From Auanema rhodensis (Eukaryota; Animalia; Nematoda): a DNA stretch of 64,000 nucleotides. The notes under the pieces are model-generated. The model saw only the letters and a program-made list of their open reading frames with translations, was not told the DNA's origin and searched no databases. Below, in pieces: positions 1 through 9,900 of the stretch. A program made the translations under genes and the position numbers. The stretch lies in the NCBI GenBank assembly GCA_964057225.1, contig CAXKVF010000075.1:790675-854674 (forward strand), in the 5' to 3' direction. How positions within the stretch are numbered: position 1 is the stretch's first letter; each line of letters starts with the position of its first letter.

Positions 1-388
1 CTTTTTCACTATCTGTAATTGACAGATTCATAAATTTTTCATCGGTTACTTGTTCAACCTGTAAAAAATCATGTTTAACATTATGATTAATCAAATTTTC
101 AATTTTAATCAAAACATTATCATTGTTAGAATCACAGATGTTGTGGATCTGATTTAACAAATCAATCTCTTTTTGAAAACTTTTTATTTCAGAACTAGAG
201 ATTTTTAAATTCTTAGCTATTTTAGCTAGATTTTTCTCGGCTTCGACTCTTGGTCTACAACCGGTTTTAGTATGATTTAAAATCAAACTTTGAGCAAAAG
301 ATAAAATGTTATCTATATTACTCTCAAATTTATCAAAATTAAAAGGTAGTCTTACCTCGTTCATTTCGATATCCAGTTCCTCACTCAT
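1..388 (-). CDS. 5' part of a retroelement ORF (probable gag/ORF1), open past the window edge
   Basis: ATG at 388-386 (context ATCATG; in-frame TGA upstream at 418-416) followed by 129 stop-free codons in very AT-rich DNA: MSEELDIEMNEVRLPFNFDKFESNIDNILSFAQSLILNHTKTGCRPRVEAEKNLAKIAKNLKISSSEIKSFQKEIDLLNQIHNICDSNNDNVLIKIENLINHNVKHDFLQVEQVTDEKFMNLSITDSEK. No diagnostic domain recognised; the gag call rests only on its position downstream of an LTR and PBS. Confidence 0.7.
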   Translation of the reverse strand, partial: MSEELDIEMNEVRLPFNFDKFESNIDNILSFAQSLILNHTKTGCRPRVEAEKNLAKIAKNLKISSSEIKSFQKEIDLLNQIHNICDSNNDNVLIKIENLINHNVKHDFLQVEQVTDEKFMNLSITDSEK

Positions 389-442
389 GATGGAGATATA
401 GGCAATGACTGTTTGTCAACTGGAAATAAAATTATTAGTTTT

Positions 443-756
443 CTATACGAAAAAATAATTTAAAATATTGTCAAAAAAATTCTATACGAACAATGACAAA
501 AAATTTTGATTTCTTCTCGAAATCAAAAGTGAAAGTTTCAACTCTCTCAAGTTTCTCCGAAAAAAAATTCTGTTAACACCTAATCAGTGTTTAGCAAAAA
601 TTTTTTTTTTTCCTCTTTTTTTTTTTTTTTCACAAAAAATTTTATGAAAAAAAAAAAAAAAAAAAAATTCAGAAAAATCGGAAAAACCCTATACGGGAGA
701 GTTGTGACTAAATCACCAAGAGCTATACGCTCAAAAATAGGTTAAGAAACTATACG
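443..756 (-). repeat. Five dispersed CGTATAG heptamers in the retroelement leader
   Basis: CTATACG on the + strand at 443-449, 482-488, 689-695, 723-729 and 750-756. Confidence 0.9.
601..667. repeat. Facing poly(T) and poly(A) tracts (inverted homopolymer repeat)
   Basis: T11 (601-611), T15 (616-630), CACAAAAAATTTTATG, A21 (647-667). Confidence 0.9.
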
Positions 757-797
757 TTTCCCTATTTAACAAAAAATACAATCAATCGAGCAGAGAA

Positions 798-812
798 CCG
801 GTTCGGCCCCCA
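798..812 (-). other. Primer-binding site, tRNA-Pro-like
   Basis: TGGGGGCCGAACCGG directly follows the LTR end. The canonical tRNA-Pro PBS is TGGGGGCTCGTCCGGGAT; the first 7 nt are identical and the rest matches only partly. Confidence 0.6.
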
Positions 813-824
813 AGTCAAAAGACT

Positions 825-867
825 GTATAATAAAAAAGAAAAAAAACAAAGAATAAAAGAATTTATT
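825..867 (-). terminator. LTR polyadenylation signal with downstream T-rich element
   Basis: AATAAA at 867-862 on the minus strand, followed by TTCTTTTATTCTTTGTTTTTTTTCTTTTTT, ~33 nt after the predicted start site, as expected for the R/U5 region. Confidence 0.6.
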
Positions 868-896
868 AGAAATTAGAAAAATAAAAGAGAGACTTA

Positions 897-928
897 AACT
901 GATTAAAATATATCACAAATATCTTATA
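897..928 (-). promoter_or_regulatory. LTR core promoter: TATA box plus initiator
   Basis: TATAAG at 928-923 and TCAGTT at 902-897. The initiator A (900) is 28 nt downstream of the TATA start. TCAGTT matches the Drosophila/arthropod-type Inr consensus TCAKTY. Confidence 0.65.
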
Positions 929-3900
929 TCAACAATTTTAGGTAAACAATTGATCTTATCACTAATCTTAGATGTGCATGCTTGATAATCTGATTACGGT
1001 AGTTGATCTTGGCAACATGCCCAAAGTTGTAACTTTGTTAGAACTTGTCTAAATGAAATAAGAATGATATATTCGTGCTTGTCGTTGTAAGACGAATTCA
1101 ACTGTACTATATTCATGTAGTTAACTATATGTAGTTAAGTATGTGATTTTATATGATATAGGTTTTATCAATGTTTTACATACTTCTCAAGATAATATAA
1201 TGTTTAACGTACTCAACAGAGTGTTTGTGAATAACTTTACGTTATATAGCACATGAAACATAGGTGGGTAACTATAGCCAACTGCGACAGTGCACTTGGT
1301 ATGTAACTCGCTTCACGTGAAAGATACAGAGATGCGGTTTTCAAAATTAGATTCCCCATGTCCATATTAGTCTAAAAACAAATTTTTATTGATATTGGTG
1401 CATGGTAACCATGACTTTGAAATTTACGTGAACTTTAATTTATGCTAATTAAATATACACGTGATGTGCACTTGGTATGTAACTCGCTTCACGTGAAAGA
1501 TAAAGAGATGCGGTTTTCAAAATTAGATTCCCCATGTCCATATTAGTCTAAAAACAAATTTTTATTGATATTGGTTCATGGTAACCATGACTTTGAAATT
1601 TACGTGAACTTTAATTTATGCTAATTAAATGTACACGTGATGTGCACTTGGTATGTAACTCGCTTCACGTGAAAGATAAAGAGATGCGGTTTTCAAAATT
1701 AGATTCCCCATGTCCATATTAGTCTAAAAACAAATTTTTATTGATATTGGTGCATGGTAACCATGACTTTGAAATTTACGTGAACTTTAATTTATGCTAA
1801 TTAAATGTACACGTGATGTGCACTTGGTATGTAACTCGCTTCACGTGAAAGATAAAGAGATGCGGTTTTCAAAATTAGATTCCCCATGTCCATATTAGTC
1901 TAAAAACAAATTTTTATTGATATTGGTTCATGGTAACCATGACTTTGAAATTTACGTGAACTTTAATTTATGCTAATTAAATGTACACGTGATGTGCACT
2001 TGGTGTGTAACTCGCTTCACGTGAAAGATAAAGAGATGCGGTTTTTAAAATTAGATTCCCCATGTCCATATTAGTCTAAAAACAAATTTTTATTGATATT
2101 GCTTCATGGTAACCATGACTTTGAAATTTACGTGAACTTTAATTTATGCTAATTAAATGTACACGTGATGTGCACTTGGTATGTAACTCGCTTCACGTGA
2201 AAGATAAAGAGATGCGGTTTTCAAAATTAGATTCCCCATGTCCATATTAGTCTAACAACAAATTTTTATTGATATTGGTTCATGGTAACCATGACTTTGA
2301 AATTTACGTGAACTTTAATTTATGCTAATTAAATGTACACGTGATGTGCACTTGGTATGTAACTCGCTTCACGTGAAAGATAAAGAGATGCGGTTTTCAA
2401 AATTAGATTGCCCATGTCCATATTAGTCTAAAAACAAATTTTTATTGATATTGGTGCATGGTAACCATGACTTTGAAATTTACGTGAACTTTAATTTATG
2501 CTAATTAAATGTACACGTGATGTGCACTTGGTATGTAACTCGCTTCACGTGAAAGATAAAGAGATGCGGTTTTCATAATTAGATCCCCCATGTCCATATT
2601 AGTCTAAAAACAAATTTTTATTGATATTGGTGCATGGTAACCATGACTTTGAAATTTACGTGAACTTTAATTTATGCTAATTAAATGTACACGTGATGTG
2701 CACTTGGTATGTAACTCGCTTCACGTGAAAGATAAAGAGATGCGGTTTTCAAAATTAGATCCCCCATGTCCATATTAGACTAAAAACAAATTTTTATTGA
2801 TATTGGTGCATGGTAACCATGACTTTGAAATTTACGTGAACTTTAATTTATGCTAATTAAATGTACACGTGATGTGCACTTGGTATGTAACTCGCTTCAC
2901 GTGAAAGATAAAGAGATGCGGTTTTCAAAATTAGATTCCCCATGTCCATATTAGTCTAAAAACAAATTTTTATTGATATTGGTGCATGGTAACCATGACT
3001 TTGAAATTTACGTGAACTTTAATTTATGCTAATTAAATATACACGTGATGTGCACTTGGTATGTAACTCGCTTCACGTGAAAGATAAAGAGATGCGGTTT
3101 TCAAAATTAGATTCCCCATGTCCATATTAGTCTAAAAACAAATTTTTATTGATATTGGTGCATGGTAACCATGACTTTGAAATTTACGTGAACTTTAATT
3201 TATGCTAATTAAATATACACGTGATGTGCACTTGGTATGTAACTCGCTTCACGTGAAAGATAAAGAGATGCGGTTTTCAAAATTAGATTCCCCATGTCCA
3301 TATTAGTCTAAAAACAAATTTTTATTGATATTGGTTCATGGTAACCATGACTTTGAAATTTACGTGAACTTTAATTTATGCTAATTAAATGTACACGTGA
3401 TGTGCACTTGGTATGTAACTCGCTTCACGTGAAAGATAAAGAGATGCGGTTTTCAAAATTAGATTCCCCATGTCCATATTAGTCTAAAAACAAATTTTTA
3501 TTGATATTGGTGCATGGTAACCATGACTTTGAAATTTACGTGAACTTTAATTTATGCTAATTAAATGTACACGTGATGTGCACTTGGTATGTAACTCGCT
3601 TCACGTGAAAGATAAAGAGATGCGGTTTTCAAAATTAGATTCCCCATGTCCATATTAGTCTAAAAACAAATTTTTATTGATATTGGTTCATGGTAACCAT
3701 GACTTTGAAATTTACGTGAACTTTAATTTATGCTAATTAAATGTACACGTGATGTGCACTTGGTGTGTAACTCGCTTCACGTGAAAGATAAAGAGATGCG
3801 GTTTTTAAAATTAGATTCCCCATGTCCATATTAGTCTAAAAACAAATTTTTATTGATATTGCTTCATGGTAACCATGACTTTGAAATTTACGTGAACTTT

Positions 3901-6900
3901 AATTTATGCTAATTAAATGTACACGTGATGTGCACTTGGTATGTAACTCGCTTCACGTGAAAGATAAAGAGATGCGGTTTTCAAAATTAGATTCCCCATG
4001 TCCATATTAGTCTAAAAACAAATTTTTATTGATATTGGTTCATGGTAACCATGACTTTGAAATTTACGTGAACTTTAATTTATGCTAATTAAATGTACAC
4101 GTGATGTGCACTTGGTATGTAACTCGCTTCACGTGAAAGATAAAGAGATGCGGTTTTCAAAATTAGATTGCCCATGTCCATATTAGTCTAAAAACAAATT
4201 TTTATTGATATTGGTGCATGGTAACCATGACTTTGAAATTTACGTGAACTTTAATTTATGCTAATTAAATGTACACGTGATGTGCACTTGGTATGTAACT
4301 CGCTTCACGTGAAAGATAAAGAGATGCGGTTTTCATAATTAGATCCCCCATGTCCATATTAGTCTAAAAACAAATTTTTATTGATATTGGTGCATGGTAA
4401 CCATGACTTTGAAATTTACGTGAACTTTAATTTATGCTAATTAAATGTACACGTGATGTGCACTTGGTATGTAACTCGCTTCACGTGAAAGATAAAGAGA
4501 TGCGGTTTTCAAAATTAGATCCCCCATGTCCATATTAGACTAAAAACAAATTTTTATTGATATTGGTGCATGGTAACCATGACTTTGAAATTTACGTGAA
4601 CTTTAATTTATGCTAATTAAATGTACACGTGATGTGCACTTGGTATGTAACTCGCTTCACGTGAAAGATAAAGAGATGCGGTTTTCAAAATTAGATTCCC
4701 CATGTCCATATTAGTCTAAAAACAAATTTTTATTGATATTGGTGCATGGTAACCATGACTTTGAAATTTACGTGAACTTTAATTTATGCTAATTAAATGT
4801 ACACGTGATGTGCACTTGGTATGTAACTCGCTTCACGTGAAAGATAAAGAGATGCGGTTTTCAAAATTAGATTCCCCATGTCCATATTAGTCTAAAAACA
4901 AATTTTTATTGATATTGGTGCATGGTAACCATGACTTTGAAATTTACGTGAACTTTAATTTATGCTAATTAAATGTACACGTGATGTGCACTTGGTATGT
5001 AACTCGCTTCACGTGAAAGATAAAGAGATGCGGTTTTCAAAATTAGATCCCTCATGTCCATATTAGTCTAAAAACAAATTTTTATTGATATTGGTGCATG
5101 GTAACCATGACTTTGAAATTTACGTGAACTTTAATTTATGCTAATTAAATGTACACGTGATGTGCACTTGGTATGTAACTCGCTTCACGTGAAAGATAAA
5201 GAGATGCGGTTTTCAAAATTAGATTCCCCATGTCCATATTAGTCTAAAAACAAATTTTTATTGATATTGGTGCATGGTAACCATGACTTTGAAATTTACG
5301 TGAACTTTAATTTATGCTAATTAAATGTACACGTGATGTGCATTTGGTATGTAACTCGCTTCACGTGAAAGATAAAGAGATGCGGTTTTCAAAATTAGAT
5401 TCCCCATGTCCATATTAGTCTAAAAACAAATTTTTATTGATATTGGTTCATGGTAACCATGACTTTGAAATTTACGTGAACTTTAATTTATGCTAATTAA
5501 ATGTACACGTGATGTGCACTTGGTATGTAACTCGCTTCACGTGAAAGATAAAGAGATGCGGTTTTCAAAATTAGATTCCCCATGTCCATATTAGTCTAAA
5601 AACAAATTTTTATTGATATTGCTTCATGGTAACCATGACTTTGAAATTTACGTGAACTTTAATTTATGCTAATTAAATGTACACGTGATGTGCACTTGGT
5701 ATGTAACTCGCTTCACGTGAAAGATAAAAAGATGCGGTTTTCAAAATTAGATTCCCCATGTCCATATTAGTCTAAAAACAAATTTTTATTGATATTGGTT
5801 CATGGTAACCATGACTTTGAAATTTACGTGAACTTTAATTTATGCTAATTAAATGTACACGTGATGTGCACTTGGTATGTAACTCGCTTCACGTGAAAGA
5901 TAAAGAGATGGGTTTTCAAAATTAGATTCCCCATGTCCATATTAGTCTAAAAACAAATTTTTATTGATTTTGGTTCATGGTAACCATGACTTTGAAATTT
6001 ACGTGAACTTTAATTTATGCTAATTAAATGTACACGTGATGTGCACTTGGTATGTAACTCGCTTCACGTGAAAGATAAAGAGATGCGGTTTTCAAAATTA
6101 GATTCCCCATGTCCATATTAGTCTAAAAACAAATTTTTATTGATATTGGTTCATGGTAACCATGACTTTGAAATTTACGTGAACTTTAATTTATGCTAAT
6201 TAAATGTACACGTGATGTGCACTTGGTATGTAACTCGCTTCACGTGAAAGATAAAGAGATGCGGTTTTCAAAATTAGATTCCACATGTCCATATTAGTCT
6301 AAAAACAAATTTTTATTGATATTGGTGCATGGTAACCATGACTTTGAAATTTACGTGAACTTTAATTTATGCTAATTAAATGTACACGTGATGTGCACTT
6401 GGTATGTAACTCGCTTCACGTGAAAGATAAAGAGATGCGGTTTTCAAAATTAGATTCCCCATGTCCATATTAGTCTAAAAACAAATTTTTATTGATATTG
6501 GTTCATGGTAACCATGACTTTGAAATTTACGTGAACTTTAATTTATGCTAATTAAATGTACACGTGATGTGCACTTGGTATGTAACTCGCTTCACGTGAA
6601 AGATAAAGAGATGCGGTTTTCAAAATTAGATTCCCCATGTCCATATTAGTCTAAAAACAAATTTTTATTGATATTGGTTCATGGTAACCATGACTTTGAA
6701 ATTTACGTGAACTTTAATTCATGCTAATTAAATGTACACGTGATGTGCACTTGGTATGTAACTCGCTTCACGTGAAAGATAAAGAGATGCGGTTTTCACA
6801 ATTAGATTCCCCATGTCCATATTAGTCTAAAAACAAATTTTTATTGATATTGGTGCATGGTAACCATGACTTTGAAATTTACGTAAACTTTAATTTATGC

Positions 6901-9900
6901 TAATTAAATGTACACGTGATGTGCACTTGGTATGTAACTCGCTTCACGTGAAAGATAAAGAGATGCGGTTTTCAAAATTAGATTCCCCATGTCCATATTA
7001 GTCTAAAAACAAATTTTTATTGATATTGCTTCATGGTAACCATGACTTTGAAATTTACTTGAACTTTAATTTATGCTAATTAAATGTACACGTGATGTGC
7101 ACTTGGTATGTAACTCGCTTCACGTGAAAGATAAAGAGATGCGGTTTTCAAAATTAGATTCCCCATGTCCATATTAGTCTAAAAACAATTTTTTATTGAT
7201 ATTGGTTCATGGTAACCATGACTTTGAAATTTACGTGAACTTTAATTTATGCTAATTAAATGTACACGTGATGTGCACTTGGTATGTAACTCGCTTCACG
7301 TGAAAGATAAAGAGATGCGGTTTTCAAAATTAGATTCCCCATGTCCATATTAGTCTAAAAACAAATTTTTATTGATATTGCTTCATGGTAACCATGACTT
7401 TGAAATTTACGTGAACTTTAATTTATGCTAATTAAATGTACACGTGATGTGCACTTGGTATGTAACTCGCTTCACGTGAAAGATAAAGAGATGCGGTGTT
7501 CAACATTAGATTCCCCATGTCCATATTAATCTAAAAACAAATTTTAATTGATATTGGTTCATGGTAACCATGACTTTGAAATTTACGTGAACTTTAATTT
7601 ATGCTAATTAAATGTACACGTGATGTGCACTTGGTATGTAACTCGCTTCACGTGAAAGATAAAGAGATGCGGTTTTCAAAATTAGATTCCCCATGTCCAT
7701 ATTAGTCTAAAAACAAATTTTAATTGATATTGGTTCATGGTAACCATGACTTTGAAATTTACGTGAACTTTAATTTATGCTAATTAAATGTACACGTGAT
7801 GTGCACTTGGTATGTAACTCGCTTCACGTGAAAGATAAAGAGATGCGGTTTTCAAAATTAGATTCACCATGTCCATATTAGTCTAAAAACAAATTTTTAT
7901 TGATATTGGTTCATGGTAACCATGACTTTGAATTTTACGTGAACTTTAATTTATGCTAATTAAATGTACACGTGATGTGCACTTGGTATGTAACTCGCTT
8001 CATGTGAAAGATAAAGAGATGCGGTTTTCAAAATTAGATTCCCCATGTCCATATTAGTCTAAAAACAAATTTTTATTGATATTGGTGCATGGTAACCATG
8101 ACTTTGAAATTTACGTGAACTTTAATTTATGCTAATTAAATGTACACGTGATGTGCACTTGGTATGTAACTCGCTTCACGTGACAGATAAAGAGATGCGG
8201 TTTTCAAAATTAGATTCCCCATGTCCATATTAGTCTAAAAACAAATTTTTATTGATATTGGTTCATGGTAACCATGACTTTGAAATTTACGTGAACTTTA
8301 ATTCATGCTAATTAAATGTACACGTGATGTGCACTTGGTATGTAACTCGCTTCACGTGAAAGATAAAGAGATGCGGTTTTCACAATTAGATTCCCCATGT
8401 CCATATTAGTCTAAAAACAAATTTTTATTGATATTGGTGCATGGTAACCATGACTTTGAAATTTACGTGAACTTTAATTTATGCTAATTAAATGTACACG
8501 TGATGTGCACTTGGTATGTAACTCGCTTCACGTGAAAGATAAAGAGATGCGGTTTTCAAAATTAGATTCCCCATGTCCATATTAGTCTAAAAACAAATTT
8601 TTATTGATATTGCTTCCTGGTAACCATGACTTTGAAATTTACGTGAACTTTAATTTATGCTAATTAAATGTACACGTGATGTGCACTTGGTATGTAACTC
8701 GCTTCACGTGAAAGATAAAGAGATGCGGTTTTCAAAATTAGATTCCCCATGTCCATATTAGTCTAAAAACAATTTTTTATTGATATTGGTTCATGGTAAC
8801 CATGACTTTGAAATTTACGTGAACTTTAATTTATGCTAATTAAATGTACACGTGATGTGCACTTGGTATGTAACTCGCTTCACGTGAAAGATAAAGAGAT
8901 GCGGTTTTCAAAATTAGATTCCCCATGTCCATATTAGTCTAAAAACAAATTTTTATTGATATTGCTTCATGGTAACCATGACTTTGAAATTTACGTGAAC
9001 TTTAATTTATGCTAATTAAATGTACACGTGATGTGCACTTGGTATGTAACTCGCTTCACGTGAAAGATAAAGAGATGCGGTTTTCAAAATTAGATTCCCC
9101 ATGTCCATATTAGTCTAAAAACAATTTTTTATTGATATTGGTTCATGGTAACCATGACTTTGAAATTTACGTGAACTTTAATTTATGCTAATTAAATGTA
9201 CACGTGATGTGCACTTGGTATGTAACTCGCTTCACGTGAAAGATAAAGAGATGCGGTTTTCAAAATTAGATTCCCCATGTCCATATTAGTCTAAAAACAA
9301 ATTTTTATTGATATTGCTTCATGGTAACCATGACTTTGAAATTTACGTGAACTTTAATTTATGCTAATTAAATGTACACGTGATGTGCACTTGGTATGTA
9401 ACTCGCTTCACGTGAAAGATAAAGAGATGCGGTTTTCAAAATTAGATTCCCCATGTCCATATTAGTCTAAAAACAAATTTTAATTGATATTGGTTCATGG
9501 TAACCATGACTTTGAAATTTACGTGAACTTTAATTTATGCTAATTAAATGTACACGTGATGTGCACTTGGTATGTAACTCGCTTCACGTGAAAGATAAAG
9601 AGATGCGGTTTTCAAAATTAGATTCCCCATGTCCATATTAGTCTAAAAACAAATTTTAATTGATATTGGTTCATGGTAACCATGACTTTGAAATTTACGT
9701 GAACTTTAATTTATGCTAATTAAATGTACACGTGATGTGCACTTGGTATGTAACTCGCTTCACGTGAAAGATAAAGAGATGCGGTTTTCAAAATTAGATT
9801 CCCCATGTCCATATTAGTCTAAAAACAAATTTTTATTGATATTGGTTCATGGTAACCATGACTTTGAAATTTACGTGAACTTTAATTTATGCTAATTAAA

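Larger units (their letters stand above)
1..1289 (-). mobile_element. LTR retrotransposon, 5' end (Ty3/gypsy-like most likely; superfamily unconfirmed)
   Basis: On the minus strand the order is TG-start LTR, TATA/Inr/polyA signal, TGG-initiated PBS, leader, ORF. Sharp junction with the satellite at 1289/1290. pol and the second LTR lie outside the window. Confidence 0.75.
813..1289 (-). repeat. Putative 5' long terminal repeat (~477 bp)
   Basis: The minus strand begins TGTCGCAG exactly at the satellite junction and ends ...TTTTGACT immediately before the PBS TGG (TGTC...GACT, imperfect inverted termini). It contains promoter and polyadenylation signals in U3-R-U5 order. The partner LTR is not visible. 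Confidence 0.65.

Noticed and set aside
1-388. ORF as an ordinary host gene exon
   Set aside because: It cannot be fully excluded, but the upstream LTR-like promoter/polyA arrangement, PBS and TG terminus at the satellite junction fit a retroelement better. No gene symbol assigned.
1115-1138. Short direct repeat ATGTAGTTAA x2 with palindrome TAGTTAACTA in the LTR U3
   Set aside because: It may be an enhancer duplication, but it is too short and AT-rich to support any functional claim.
1458-1465. Exact match to budding-yeast CDEI (RTCACRTG) on the minus strand (ATCACGTG)
   Set aside because: It is an 8-bp E-box match with no CDEII/CDEIII arrangement; point centromeres are not tandem arrays.
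1290-1465. CENP-B box or identity with alpha satellite or CEN178
   Set aside because: No TTCG....A..CGGG motif and no recognisable similarity; only the monomer length is alike.
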